Positions 1 to 13,430 are shown, numbered from the whole stretch's first letter. The stretch is 59,774 nt of DNA, filler included, from Sphacelaria rigidula (GCA_964200075.2; 9 parts of 9 records of this genome joined end to end with filler, not necessarily neighbours in it); one strand, 5' to 3'. Notes: generated by a model from the sequence alone, not told the origin. Translations and numbers: made by a program.

Positions 1-1400
1 GCCAGCAGCTGGCGGTGAGAAAGGTCTGAGGGGAGCCCGAGTCCGGTAGTTCCAGGGCCACAATTTGATGTCTTGCACAAGATCCACTACATTCAAGTCC
101 AACTCTACTTGTACAAGACGCGCCGTCTAAGGCGACAACGCCACGCGTAAGATCTGGGCCAATGTTTGGAAACGAATTGATACGCGTTCGCTGTACCTAC
201 TGAACTTAGTACTGAGATATACTCAGGGGTGGTCTTGTGGGACCTGGGGGTGTGGGCACTGGTCTTGGGATTCTCCAATGTTGGGGCGTAAGGGCTACGT
301 ATCTCGTAAACCGCTGTAGGGGCGCGACTATTTGTCGTGACGGTCGTGGTAGGAGCGGGGTCGGCTGTGATGTCGGCATGGGGGAGCATGCACTGCCGGC
401 TTGGTAGTGGATTTCCCAAGTGCGGGGTCGGCACAAATTTCAGCCCTGCACAGCAATGTGTCTGCCGAATCATCTACAATAGTGGACAAAGGAGTCGGCG
501 GTTTTTCGTCGTCGGACGACCGGTGGCTGCACCAGCGGAACTCCGTCATCACACCAACACATGTAGTGGAAATAGACATGATCTTTACGAACGTATCGAG
601 AAACACGTTGTCGGGGGCCAACTTGGAACTACAGGGAACGAATCGTCTGTTACCCGCGTGAGCCTGTCGTGGTGTGCGATCGCCAGTGGCGGACCCGCAC
701 GTGAACGCGACAACGAACCGACAGTAGGTAGGGTGGTCTTGTGGCTCAACACGTTCCGCCTCAACCTCTTTGTTGGTGCTGGCTCAGGGGGCAACGGGGG
801 GGCAGACGGCGGTAGCGGCACATCCTATACCTGAGGCGTACCGTCATGACCTGTCGCTGTTGGGAAGTTCGCGAGAGGTTTCGTGACGGTGTGAGCTCTT
901 GGCTGACCGACCGGTTCACTGCCGGGGGTCCTTCTCCAACCCGTAGAGCAACGGAAAGCAAGGGTTCCCTGTGGTCATGATCCACATCAGTCATCTCTTG
1001 TCTTGTCTCGTCTCGCCAACAATGGTTTCCACGGCCACGTCTTTTCAAAGTCAGTTCAAGCATGACCATGTTCAAGTACTGGTGAAAATATTCAAATCTT
1101 TGGCCAAAGTAAACCTATCATGGATTCATCCCGTTTTTCACCATACTTCAGTCACATATTTTTTCAGAAGTCACACGTCCGTCACAAGTGACTAAGTCTT
1201 TGCAACAAATCGTTCTGCGCCACATACGCGTATGTCTGCAAATACACATGATGTCAAAAAACAACCCTGCAGGTTTGTCGTCAATTTGACTAAAATGTAC
1301 ATGTATTTGCTCCTCCGTTGAGGATTTATTCTGAAAAAAGGAAGTCACGGTATTGTCTCGTACACGTCTTTGCAAGTGTTGTCTAATGTGCGCATGTATC
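1..1400 (-). pseudogene. Decayed Ty3/Gypsy gag-protease region
   Basis: Minus-strand reading of 1-120 gives ..IVALELPDSGSPQTFLTASCW, resembling a retropepsin D(S/T)G active site. Upstream Pro/Thr-rich, stop-riddled ORFs are consistent with gag. The 5' limit is approximate. Confidence 0.5.
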
Positions 1401-3524
1401 CACATCGTCTCGTGGAACGTCTCATGCCGCGTTAGTGGATTGGATATTTAGTAAACTCGAAAGGTCTTGTCCCTAGAGGTTCAAATACCAGTCTTTAGCT
1501 TCAGCGGAGTCGCGCGCTAACACCGCTGTAGCTGGGGGGGTATGTTATTATGGCCTCTGTATGGCCCGACCCGCTTACTAATAAACCCGGGCCAGTCAAC
1601 CCGAACCGTCTTCTCGGGTCTATCACCCTGGGACTGTCATCCTCCAATCCCCAGTCCGGGATCGTCATTCTCCCGTCTCGAGAGGTACCCCCGTGGGTGC
1701 CTCCACCACTCTGTCAGTTCTGTACCTCAACCCAAACCGGCTTGCAAAGTCCATCCTGTTCAAGTCCACGTCACGGCTCCGCACACTCCGTACCCTTTCA
1801 CCGAGTGAGAAGCTACAACCTACACACACACCCACCGTCCGGGTAGGATAAGTCACACTCACTGTCCGACTGTGTCTTAAAATAGTGGTAACGGGTAATC
1901 ACGGGTGCACAGGTAATCGACATCCTTGTTTGTTTTCAGACGCATGTGACCACACGGCTGGATCCCTGGGGGACCAGGTCTAGTGCGACAATCAATCGAC
2001 CAATCAACAAAGAAAGCGTTTCACCCGAAAACGGAGCGGCTTCATTGTTTTATTTTCCGAGTCCGGGAAATACGTTCCGGAGAATGGCGCTCTGCGTGTA
2101 CGGCGAGGAGTTCGGGATTGCGCCCTTCTCAACCCTTTGACCGCGAGGGTAGGTCATCTAGTAGTGCATTCTTCTTTTAACCCTTAGACGACGAGCGTCG
2201 CCTCGGAACAGTTGTACAGGCGCACAGTCCCAAGACATCCGGGGGTTTCCAGTGCTCGGGGGGAGTGGTTTTTTAAGGGGGGGGGGGTGTCTGTACGCAG
2301 AGCACCGCCGAAGTCCACGGAGCCAACCATGCGTGTTTGGAAGTTTCCCGCGGAAAATTATGGGCCGTGCAAGGGGCTCGAGAGGCGGGGTATGACCATT
2401 CTGACCAATCACGGCCGTCAAAATTGTTACGTTTCTGTAAGACTGCTTCACGACTGGTTTCGTCGTCAGGCATGAAAGCTCATTATGGTCACCTGATATC
2501 AACCATAGATTAGATGAAGCAAAAAGCATGTGTTGCTGGGTGTCTGTATCTTCAGTGATGCCTGACCTTGATACTACCTGCATACCTCATCTGGTATACA
2601 ACGTAATGGCGCTACACGCGAGCCCCTACCACGAGTATCCGTCCAGTGCGCATTGCGGCTGACGCCCACGTCTACGGAGATGTGACTGCTATTGCGGACC
2701 AGATATTGGAGGTTTGCGTGCACTTTGCACACCATCCTCGAGAGTTCGCTCACCAGGCTGCAGCGACTGTCGGCGCGAGGCGGCGCTACACAATGGGCCG
2801 ACCCCAGGGCTGGATACTAGTGTGAAGGGTGACGCGCTCGTGAAAGCGGCCGCAGCTCATGTTGATCTGTGCTGGGAGACGTGATGGCCAAATAGGGTTC
2901 GACGTCTGCGAAGAAATACCGCGATCAGGTGAGGACAAGCCTCTGGCGTATCTGTGCCTAGTGAGGTCGTGTGTGACCTGCTTATCGTGGTGTCGCCGCC
3001 ATCAAACTAACTCACGCTTAGAGGTTAGACCCGTTTTGGCACATGGTGCAGTAAGTAATGTGTAGCACTCTACAGTTGCGTGAAGGCGGTCTTATTTGGA
3101 GGTGCCGCACTTGCTTTGTACAAGGGGGCGCTATCGCGTCAAACCGACCGCGTGTACAGCAGATAGATGATGCTCGCGTCTGGGTATACTGTAGTGTATA
3201 CAAAGAAATATATACAGTAGGGAGTAGGGTTAATGTTTTTTTCATACGATCTGTAAACATACTACACTGTCTGTACAGTGTAAATATACTATACTGTACA
3301 GTACAAAGGCCGCAACCGCTCGATGCCTCCCAGGTAGGGAGGTGCGCCATGCGGCCTATTTCACAGGTGCTCGCGAGTGTGCGATGTGCGAGGTCGACGA
3401 CCTGCTGCTATTAAAAATGAGCACTCATCGCACTTCACACACGCGCGGTGCCTATAGTCACGCTCTAGTTGCGGGCGGCTATGGGTGCTCCAGTTTGAAT
3501 GTGTGTGATGAGACTACAGACTGC

Positions 3525-3830
3525 ACAGGTACCCTAGGTTATTGGTGAATACCAGTACCCGGTACCGGTATTTGGAACATCGCACACGCTACATACGGGT
3601 CCAATTGTGTATTTACAAATATCACGTCTATGACACCCACGATACCACGGTATTTTGAGGTTTCGATACCTTTCATACCCGCCCAATCGGGTATTTTCTA
3701 AAATCGTGTCAACGATACCTACGATACCAGCGTATTTCAAAATTTCATCATCCGCTGTACCCGCTCAATCGGGTATTTTCAAATGCCGTACCAAGCGGCA
3801 GTTGAAAAACAAATTCGGGACACGTAGGCC
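3525..3830 (+). repeat. GATACC/GGTATT-rich dispersed repeat (non-autonomous DNA element)
   Basis: The motifs CCCGCTCAATCGGGTATTTT and ACGATACC recur here and at about 5050-5210 and 6093-6260. Confidence 0.6.
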
Positions 3831-3974
3831 CCAAGATCGAAAATTCGAGTTTTTGAGGGGAGAGGGGGGGAGGGTAAATGGGGGGGGGGGGCGCACCACG
3901 CCGTGTGTCCCCTGTTTTTTTGCCGAAGCGTCGGCAGATGCGTTCAGCTGCCGTAGACAGTAGAGATCCTTCTG

Positions 3975-4275
3975 TAATATATATCATACATTATGTTATA
4001 TTTCATATATTATCTTTTGTATATTTTATTTCATATATTATCTTTCGTATATTATATTTCATATATTATACTTCGTGTATTATATTTCATATATTATCTT
4101 TCGTATATTATATTTCGCATATTATATTTCGTATATTTTATTTCGTTCATTATCTTTCGTATACTATCTTTCGTTTATTATACTTCATATGCTGTATATT
4201 TCATATAGAATATTTCATACAGTATATTTCATATATTCTACATATCGTACATTATATTTCATACATAATACATCA
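3975..4275. repeat. AT-rich 14-bp minisatellite, TATATTAT(A/C)TTTC(A/G), roughly 20 degenerate units
   Basis: Tandem units are visible directly. The overlapping Y/I/F-rich ORFs are artefacts of this repeat. Confidence 0.85.
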
Positions 4276-4384
4276 CATAACATAGGTCTATATTATTGAT
4301 CTATTTTTTACATATTCTTCTCCATAATATATACTATACTGTTTATATCATAAAGAATAGCTTATATATATGTATGTATCCGTC

Positions 4385-4717
4385 ACACACGCGGCCATTT
4401 GGCTACCTCCAAACTTCCTCCTGGTGGGTACACTTTCCGAGCCTCCAGAGGAATTAAACGCCTCCGGAGGGGTGCGCGGCCCTCCAGAGGATATTTTTTG
4501 GTTCCCTCCAGAGGGGTTGGACGCCTCCGGAGGCTTACTTGCCTCTGGAGGGCCGCGCATACCCCCACATTCCTCCGGAGGGGTGCGCGGCCCTCCGGGT
4601 CGGTAAAGTTTCGTCTCCTCCACAGGGATGGAAGGCCTCCGGAAGCTTGTTTTCCCCCTGGAGGACCGCGCATTCCTCCGGAAGCATGTTGGGGTGTAGC
4701 CGAATGGCCGCGTGTGC
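4385..4717. mobile_element. MITE with CACACGCGGCCATTTGGCTAC TIRs and internal CCTCCGGAGG palindromes (copy 1)
   Basis: The TIRs are ACACACGCGGCCATTTGGCTAC and GTAGCCGAATGGCCGCGTGTG. An inverted homolog lies at 25869-26207. Confidence 0.85.
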
Positions 4718-5049
4718 GAGGGGCATTACATACTATATCATATATATATATATATATAACTTTATGTGCTGAAATATATACGATCCTCATATTATATATT
4801 ATATATACATATGTAAAGGAGCAGAAGCAAACATACACCCCGCAAAGCCCACCAAACGTTCCGGATTTAGTCAACATTCATTGATCAATGTCTCGCAACA
4901 AAATCAACAGAAATAATCAAAACAGTGTTTATTGATCAACTTCTTGCGAAAAAGTGGACAAAACAAAATCGGAAAATCATGACAATTTTCGAAAAAATGC
5001 CCTCAAGGGGGGGGGGGCTACGTGTCCCGATTTTTTTCAACTGCCCCTT

Positions 5050-5210
5050 GGCCGTACCTATGATACCTAAGATACTACGGTATTGCGATATTTCAACACC
5101 TACCGTACCCGCTCAATCGGATATTTTGAGAACTCATGCCTACGATACCCATGCGAACCACGGTCATGGGATACCGCGGGAAATACCGAGAATATACACC
5201 GTGAATACCG
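5050..5210 (+). repeat. GATACC-rich repeat related to 3525-3830, possibly the other half of the same element
   Basis: Shares GTACCCGCTCAATCGG.TATTTT and CCTACGATACC motifs. Confidence 0.55.
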
Positions 5211-6553
5211 GACGCGATGCGATCCCCACGGTGCAGCAGCTGGCCCCAAGTTATGCAAAGGCCAAAAGTTGTGAGAGCAGGTTTTCACTTGTTTTCACAA
5301 GTAATAGATACCCTGATTCCCCCTGATTCTTGTGTTTGAATTAATTCCAATGAACTTGTGATGATGTAGTCTGATTATCTGGGTAATAAATGGATATGGA
5401 TATTTTATCATGTTACGGCACTGTACATTGTTTCATAACTCATGTCGAACATGAGCCTTACACACGGTAATACTTCACGTGCAAACAAGCAGAGAGAAAA
5501 AAACGAGGAGGAGGAGAAGCAACAAATAAACGCGAGGGGTCGCACAAGCCATACAAAATAGACAACAAGGTGCCAAAATACCAAATGAATAACCGCACAT
5601 ATATATATATATGTACATATATATGTGTACTCTTCATACTGCGTCATTGCCGGGTGCTCTACATGAAGAAGTACAACCACACGAAGAGGCAAACCCTGGT
5701 CCTGCGTACTACTGCAATTCCTCAGTGCCACAATTTACAGCGCTCCCCCCTCGAAATGAAAATATGCCCATTGAATTTTAAATTTGCCCTTACTACTGCT
5801 CTATCCTCAGAGTGCCCTCGTCGCTGCACCCACGTCAATAACCACGAATCTTACTACGCAGTACTCATGATCGATTCATGGATTGGGTTTCTCGCCCTGT
5901 CAGCTGATTGCAACAATCCAGCTGGTGGTCATGATGGGATTCTGTGTGTTTTGAGGTCTGCAGGTTAGCGTTATGCGTTGTGTGCGTGTGGGGGTGGCGC
6001 TGCCCACCTCGGGCACATCAGTAATGTGACTTCAGAACCCGCACAGGGATCTCAAACGCTTCTCCGCGCTGCGGATGACAGTCTTGAAATCGGCATAGAG
6101 GGTAAGCGAGGTACCCCGTACTGGTATTTCGGACATCTCCTACCCTACCGATACCGACCCAATCGGGTATTTTCAAGTGTCATTCCTACGATACCCACGA
6201 TACATACCCCGGTAGTTCGATGTATCAGTACTTACCGTACCTGTTCCTTTCGTACCTGTTCCTTCCGCGGCCAGTGAACACCGCTAAGCGACCTGTGTTC
6301 ACCTTTTCTGTTGCCACGGAATAGGCGTTCGTCTCAACTGGGGGACGAGTCTTATGTATGGAGAGGTACAGAGGGACCAATCGGGTTTGGTTCAGCGATT
6401 CTTGCCCGTCGCGGGTTGGCGCCAAAGCAAGCAAAGGGGGGAAATAGTACAGAAATGGAAGTACATGTGCGAGCGGAGGACGTGGGAACCACAGATCGCT
6501 GCCTAATATGGACAGAAAGCCAACAGACGAGGGCTAAAAGGCATAGGCGGGGT

Positions 6554-6653
6554 NNNNNNNNNNNNNNNNNNNNNNNNNNNNNNNNNNNNNNNNNNNNTTA
6601 ATTAATTAANNNNNNNNNNNNNNNNNNNNNNNNNNNNNNNNNNNNNNNNNNNN
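6554..6653. other. Artificial contig spacer
   Basis: 100 bp of N-TTAATTAATTAA-N, with stop codons in all frames. Confidence 0.98.
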
Positions 6654-6740
6654 CGCGTAGATACTTTTCCAGCGCAATTCACCGACTCTGTGAGCTTACA
6701 GCGCTGACCGAAACCGTCATTTTCCCTGTTGGGCAAATTG
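6654..6740 (+). mobile_element. Fragment of the foldback MITE family seen at 23103-23516
   Basis: CGTAGATACTTTTCCAGCGCA..CGACTCTGTGAGCTTACAGCGCTG.CCGAAACCG matches 23225-23290. Confidence 0.8.
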
Positions 6741-7645
6741 TTTCGGCTAGCTGTGAGCAAACCAGAAATTTTCTCCGATTCTCTGGATGCTTACTTTCGG
6801 TAAACCACCTCTCTGCTCGAATCGGAAGACTCCCGCGCATCTCCCCCGATTTTTCTTCAAAATCGGGGCAAAATCGGGGGAGATGCGGGAGTGTCCCGAT
6901 TTCAACAGAAAAGTGATGTATCAAAAGTCAACACCCAGAAAATTGGAGAATTGACCTGGTTTGCTCATAGCTAGCCGATAAACATTGCCCAATGGACTGG
7001 GGTCCGAAAAATCAATCCACGGGAGAAAGCCGCCTGTACACGGGCTGAAATCCCCATATTTGTACAAATCGAGATTTGTTGCCATAAACGTGGGTCAAAC
7101 GCCTCAGATTTAGAAAAGTGGGCTTTCGAAAACAAAACGACGCAAGATCGGTAATCAAAGAAGGTGTGGGTGGATTATTGTCCCCCTCTATATGGGTGAA
7201 ATGACGTTTTCGCGCAGAGGAAGGCTGATATAGGAGTGTTTCCTTTTTTACTTTTTTTGAGCACTCCACATTCCTACTGCGGTGCTTGTCTTTCGTTTTG
7301 CTGAGAGAAGGGTTCAGCAGTCCCTCCCCTCGTCGACTGTGAAGTCGAACTTTGCGTACTCACGACGTAGTCGCTCTTCACTGTTGGGCACTGTGTGAGA
7401 GAAAATCCCAGGTCTTCCCGAGATTCCAATCCTCGTCACAACCGTCAGAAGGTTTCGAGGTTACCATCTGAGCCACCGAGGCGACCGGCTACTGCTGTGT
7501 GTTCCTCAATCCTGTCACCCCTGTGAGACTGATCATTCCTCGACACGAGTGGTGGATCGATTGGGGGGCGCTTCTTCTGGGCCACCAGCACTATCAAGCA
7601 GCAAGGTGCAGGTCGTCGAATTTGATGGTGGAGGTACCCAACCCT

Positions 7646-8065
7646 GTGTTGTATAGGATACGGTTTGTTGTATACCCGGAGCATGTTGCCGAGTATTTTC
7701 CCTGCCCGACAGTTCTGTGACTTCTGTAAGACTTTCATACCGGTACCCGACAGTTCTGTAGCTTCTGCAAGAGGTTCATTACCCTACCAAATACTTCCGC
7801 GGCTTCTGTAAGACTTCACCCCCGTACTCGATAGGTCCGTGACTTCCGTAACACTTTCATACCCCTCCTCAATCGATCTGTGACTTCTGTAAGAATTTAA
7901 TATATAGTTGATAAATAGTTCTGGATTCTCTCTGTAAGCTTCCTATACCTACTCGATAGGTTCTGTGACCCCTGTGCGAATTTCGTGCCGGTGCCTGTTA
8001 CTTCTGTAAGTTTTGTAAAAGACTCTCATACGCTACCAAAGATAACCTAACCCTACGAAAAACAG
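7646..8065. mobile_element. MITE with internal TTCTGTGACTTCTGTAAGACTTTCATACC repeats
   Basis: About 8 degenerate ~40-bp units. A reverse-orientation homolog lies at 43070-43602. Confidence 0.75.
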
Positions 8066-9917
8066 CGTTGTTTATAGTTCTATGAACTAGCAACTCTGGT
8101 CCGTTAGGTTTAAACTGGCCGCGCCAGAGGCCAGTACATCAATGTTTTTCCAGTCAATCGCTCCCTGCCCCGGCTGGTGAGAGGAGCCTCGCGAGAGCGC
8201 CGCCCGAGGCAAGGAAATCACTGTGTTTGACTTACTTCCCCTTCAAAATCGTGAAAAGTGGTGAAAAATATGACCACTCACAATGACCAGCTAACAGGCT
8301 TGTACTGCTCGAAAATGTCATCCAACGTGGTGAGAGCGATTCGAAAATCATCCATCTGTAGCATTCATCCATCTGTAGTTTGCAGCAGCAGAGACTCTCC
8401 ATGAGGAGCGGAGGATGGGACCAAGTAAGCCAAAGCTGGCAGTACCTGGAGACAAGAGCGCGACATTATCCACGTTCGGACCGAAAATCACGCCTATCGT
8501 TGAGTAGAATGCTTGTGTATTTTGTGATCGCGGGTTACCGTTTGGTTTTTTTTTCGGATGAGGTGTATATCTGCTGTATCACTTCGAGGGGAAGTGTGCA
8601 TGTACTGCATCATGTTCAGAACGCTCTTCCCCATGCAATTGGCAATTGGGAGTTGGCGTTCGACACTTCCGCATCGAGCGTCCCACCGTAAATAAGTCAC
8701 ACTACTATATTTCTTCATCTTCCTCATTCGACTGACCAACTGTCGACCTACCCGCTATGGTCGATAGATGGAAAACTTCAGGACAACAAGGTACCAACGA
8801 AGTTTGTGGTACCTGTACTACTGCAGAGTGCAGACTTCAATCGTGCAGACTAGTTGTTCGGTGTCTTTTGTGCTAAACTTACCATGATAAAATTATGATA
8901 AAAATACACGGTCACGACAAACCCCCAAGATAAACTGGACAACTGGCGCCCTTGTAGCCATTTCCAGTTTCACTCCAGTTACAGCGGAAATAGACAGTAT
9001 TCACTGGTCCAGTTCCCAGCCCAATTAATGCATGTGTTCGGTGTGCGTTCCCACAGGATGTGACACCATCCAAATTCAGCCCACCAATCAACATATATGA
9101 AGAACGATTCAACAGAAAGGAGACCCCCCACCTTCTTTGTGTTTACGCAATACAACTCACTTCTACATGCTGTGCTTGTTTGTTTGCCTCGGTCCTATAC
9201 TAGAAATCTGATTGTAGAAAATGCCACAATTACTAAGAGGCCGATGGTTTTACCACGGTAAGGTTATCAAGGAGTGCTCCTAAAAGATCAGCTTTCGACT
9301 CTTTGACGGGCCGTGCAAAGGTGGTCGACCGCTTGAATCTGCTTCAGCCTAGTTCCGCTCGTAACCTGACAACCGAAAGCAATCTATGATCCAACTTCTT
9401 GGTTCTTCCAACCACTTGACCTTACTGCTTCAAACACCCGTTGGTCACGCATTCACTCACGGTTCAACTATGTTTCTTTCCGTACTTTCTTCGCTGCATC
9501 TTCCGCAACCGTCTTTTCGTCCTCCTCCCGATTCGTTCGATATCGACAGGTGCTTCGTGTGCACCACCCGTGTCTCTGTATCCCAGGGAACGAACCCAGT
9601 TAACATGTCCCCTTCCTCTGCCTTGCGGGTGGCGTGGACATTGGCGTCAGCACTCCGTACCACCACATGACCGACCCCACCGGCGGTAAAGACTGGGTGA
9701 ACGCCCACGCCGACGACCTCAATTGCGTTGAGACCCTCGTCAAAGCGGACGAGAACCGTTCTCACCCTCACTACGAATGCAGAGCCCCCACTACCTCAAA
9801 ACCTCTCTTTGCCCCGTCAGCGGGACATAATGACGAAGACTTCATAAGGTGTCAAATCTGCTTCTACATCACCCGTGCTTATCTCTTGTCTGTGACGAAA
9901 ATACGCCGTTAAGTTAA

Positions 9918-12900
9918 GTTGGTTGTGATGATCTGCGTAATGACCGGGGACACTAAGTTGATACCCGGCGTGTCTAGGAGGGTGCCTTGGAACGGCACTC
10001 CTGATAATGTGAGATGTTGTGAAGGCCGACAAGTGAAGTTGAGGCCAGTGAGGCTGGGGAGTCCCTCGACAGCAGTGATCCACCAGTGCTTTTTCTGGCT
10101 GGCGTGATAATATCGATATTAGTTCTAGTATTAGTGCTAGAAACCTGCTGGGGAGAATTTCGGCGGAGGAGTCTGGAGCTGTGGAAAACCTGAAACAAAC
10201 ACGCAGGCGTTGAAAGGGTTCCAGTAGAGACAGCTGCAGAAAGGCGGCCGGCCTGTGATTGATCCAGACTCGATACTTGCTGAAGCTGCGTTAAGCGGGT
10301 GTTTGGAGGCTCCTACGACTGTGCGGTGCGGCGACGAAGCAAGGAAGTGCGCGATTCGCGAAAGTCCGCTGGCCTGTGAAGCGTTCGCAGGTAGCCCGTT
10401 CCAGCCATGGCGACCGGTTCTCGAGGTACGTCCAGCGTGACACCCGTGATCATGCGGGAAGAGTTGCCACCTCCCCAATACGAGGATAGTTACTCAGAGA
10501 TTGCATCTCGCACTTTCTATATCAAGTACTTGGAGTACAAAAAGCGTGGGGAGCACCCTATCGCAGGAGGTGCTGTGCGGCATTAGGTGGTGCCAATGGC
10601 TCCACAAGTGCGAGCTAATGGGCGGAGAGTGTTTGCTCGTTCGGAGCATAAACGGGGCACAACCACCCCTCCGCAATTGCTTGCGGCGATCAAAAGGCAT
10701 GCTGGGCGTGCGGCGAGAACTTGCCGCTGTTGTGGCCAAATCGACTGTTACGCGCGCTACTGCCCAACGTATTCCGGTGGAGAGTCTGGGCAGTCTCATG
10801 CCGCGCGCCATCAGCATCGTCAGCACAAGGGCGAAAGACGAAGTAATCGGGGTGGCGGCGGCGGATCCTCCGGCAGTGGAGGGTCGCAGTCGAGTTCTCA
10901 ACAGCAGCAGCAGCAGCAGCAGAGGCAGCAGAGGCATCAGCATGGGTCTGGTTCTGGGTCCGGCGCCGCTGTAGGTGCTGCTGCTCCGCAACGAGCAGTG
11001 CAGGTGGGACCGACTTCTATAGTGTCGAACACTGCGCCGGCGCCGATAGTGGCGCCGGTGGCGACATCGGCAGCAGCGCCAGGCACGACGCCTGCTGATG
11101 CGATGGTCGGGGGTCCACGAAATTATTGGCCTGCTTGCTGGGTGTCATACCCGCCGGCGGTGCCGTTTGAATCTGCCGGGGCGTCTTCGCCTGCGCAGCT
11201 TGCGCAGCTGTGGCGTCAAGTGGGATTAGCGGCGCATCGGTCGGCGAATAAAGTGCCACTGGAGTCTGCGCACAAATACGTTCTTGCGGAACTCTGTCTT
11301 CCCAATTAACGGGAGCGTGGGGCCATTGCGGTTCGGGCTAAGTGGAATTCTGGCGCCCACTTGACGGGTCATGTGCGTCTGTCGGTACAGATTGTAGTGA
11401 TGATAGAGCGTCGTCTCTCGGGTGTGTTGCTGCGCAGGCCGTTTTCGCTCGGGGCGCGGCAGGCCGTCACCGTTTCGGGTCAGCATGTTTACGTCACAGA
11501 GCGTACTGTTTTGATGCAGCTGACTTTATCGACTTCCTGGGGGCCGGCGCAGTTGCCTCCGATCTCGTTTGTGATCATGCCGGGGTCCGATGGCGTCATT
11601 CTTATGGGGTTGCCGACGCTTCAGGAGCTTGGAGTCGACGCTCGGCGGGTTGTGGGAGTCAATGAAGACGCGTATGTCTCCGCCTGGTCCACGCTTGGAG
11701 ACGCCCGCCTTTTAGGGCAGTTGTCGCGTGAGTTTGTCGGTGGATGCTCTTCAGGAGGCTGGAGGGCAGGGATTTCCGAGGAGCGGGGTGCAGCGGTGGA
11801 ACGCTCGGTAAAGCGCGGCCTGGAGATGTTAATGATTCCGGCGAAAGAGGAGTCCGCTCGGAAGGTCGCGCTGGAAGAGAGCGTGACGGATGCTGGGGCA
11901 GCAGGCCTCACTATCTCAAAAGCGGAGCGCCTGCGCGGCATATTGCATCGCCGCGTCAACGTGTTTCGTCGTCCGCTGCGGGGTGATCCCCCTGCGCGCG
12001 TGGAGCCCATGCAGGTTCAGCTAAAACCTGGGGCGTCCGCGGCGAAGACGAAGCCGCGGCGGTACGATCCAGTGAAGTCTAGTTGGTTGGCGTTGTGTAC
12101 GGCGGCTCTTTTGGCGCTCGGGTTGGTGTTACGGAATTTGCAAGCGGGGTGGTCCAGTCGAGATATGGCTTTTCCGAAGAAGGCTGCATCATGGACGGAG
12201 GGTAGGCTGCAGGCGTGGGCGGCAGCGAAGGATTTGATGGCTCGTGCCATGACGGTGTTTCATCCTTGTTCTGATTGTCAGGTGTTTATGTTTCCGGATG
12301 CATCTGAGTGTCATTGGGGTAGTTTGGTCATGCAAGTGCCTATAGTTGAGACGCAAATGCCTAGGCGCTCTGTGGCTGTGTATGGTCCGCGTCAGCCTGA
12401 TGACTCGATGCTATCCAATCTGTTGTCTGCCAAGCGAAACGAAGAGACCTTGGGGCCGAAGATGCGGATGTGCAATCCTTCGAGTCGGTATTTTAGGCGA
12501 GAGTGGCCCGCTAGGTTCGGAAGGTTTGTCGGAGGATGCTGGGTTTCAATATATTTTCGTAATCATGGATGATTTCAGCAACTTTGTGTCTCTGGAGCTA
12601 GTAGCAGTGTGTACCGCTGAATTAACTACTTCACCTCTGCTAAATTGGTGCAACACTTTGGGGGTGCCGCGTGTGTGGGTGAGTGATACCACCACGGACT
12701 TCAAGAATGCGATCTTGGCCCGATTGCGAGAGCTTTTGCACGTTGATCACCAGTTTGCAGTGGCGTCTTCTCCGTGCTCTAACAGCACGTGCAAACGCAT
12801 TGCAAAGGAAGTACTTCGAGCGCTTCGCTCTATTCTTCTCGAGCAGCGTAGAGCGGTTTCCGAGTGGGTGGACGTGTTGCCTGCGGTGCAATGGGCGCTT

Positions 12901-13139
12901 AATACAGCGCATCGTCATCCTTACGGTAGTACGCCGTACCACGTGATGTTTGGTCGTGCTCCTCGAACGCCTTTCTCGGTGTTGGCGTCTTCGTCGGCGG
13001 GAGAATGGAAGTGTGATATCTTGGAAGATGTTCAAATTAAGAGTGCATTGCAAGGAGTCTTGGACTTGCAAGGACGTTCCCACGTTCAAGTGCAGGAACG
13101 TACTGTTTTGCCGCTGAACGTGCGCGTAGGCGTGAAAGT
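9918..13139 (+). mobile_element. Internally deleted Ty3/Gypsy retrotransposon (copy A): 5'UTR, gag, protease, RT start, RNase H start, integrase core
   Basis: Degenerate zinc knuckle CRCCGQIDCYARYC; GDPPARVEPMQVQLKPG..KPRRY (RT N-terminus); MFPDASECHWG (RNase H); IMDDFSN..VSDTTTDF..CKRIAKEV (integrase). Colinear with the copy at 47798-53122. Confidence 0.9.
12560..13100 (+). pseudogene. Gypsy integrase catalytic core (rve)
   Basis: YIFVIMDDFSNFV..WVSD..QWALNTAHRHPYGSTPYHVMFGRAP. Confidence 0.85.
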
Positions 13140-13206
13140 CATCCTACGATAGGGGGGGGGGGGGCGTACTCATTTGTCGCTTGCCTTAGTTGTTTTTCCA
13201 TTGACC
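13140..13206 (+). mobile_element. Terminus of the CATCCTACGATAG(G)n repeat family, inserted in Gypsy A
   Basis: The same terminus or body occurs at 19792, 20046(-), 26241, 28645-28730(-), 31613-31800, 53303(-), 59215-59300 and 59716. Confidence 0.75.
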
Positions 13207-13306
13207 NNNNNNNNNNNNNNNNNNNNNNNNNNNNNNNNNNNNNNNNNNNNTTAATTAATTAANNNNNNNNNNNNNNNNNNNNNNNNNNNNNNNNNNNNNN
13301 NNNNNN
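13207..13306. other. Artificial contig spacer
   Basis: N-TTAATTAATTAA-N. Confidence 0.98.
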
Positions 13307-13430
13307 CTACGCTGAATACCGTCCACCCTACGCTTCGATTCTGGGGGTATATAGATGTTCCCTACGAAGAAGTCCTTCGTTGCCCGCTCTCCTGGTACCC
13401 TTATATATATATGCTCTCCTCGTACCACCA
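13307..13430 (-). pseudogene. Probable non-LTR (LINE) APE-endonuclease fragment
   Basis: GEHIYIRVPG..FFVGNIYIPPES resembles the E-hhh..hhh-Y-x-P-P segment of retroelement APE domains. Cut off by the gap. Confidence 0.5.

Noticed and set aside
1543..1922. Possible LTR (G-tract followed by TGT...ACA)
   Set aside because: No second copy, TSD or clear PBS, and the orientation conflicts with the adjacent gag-pro.
3878..4299. Hydrophobic Y/I/F-rich ORFs as membrane proteins
   Set aside because: They are translations of a 14-bp minisatellite.
6598..6609. TTAATTAATTAA as a biological motif or piggyBac site
   Set aside because: It sits centred in N runs at fixed spacing, so it is an assembly linker.
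9386..9912. Coding-like fragments upstream of Gypsy A
   Set aside because: Interrupted by stops, with no recognisable family.
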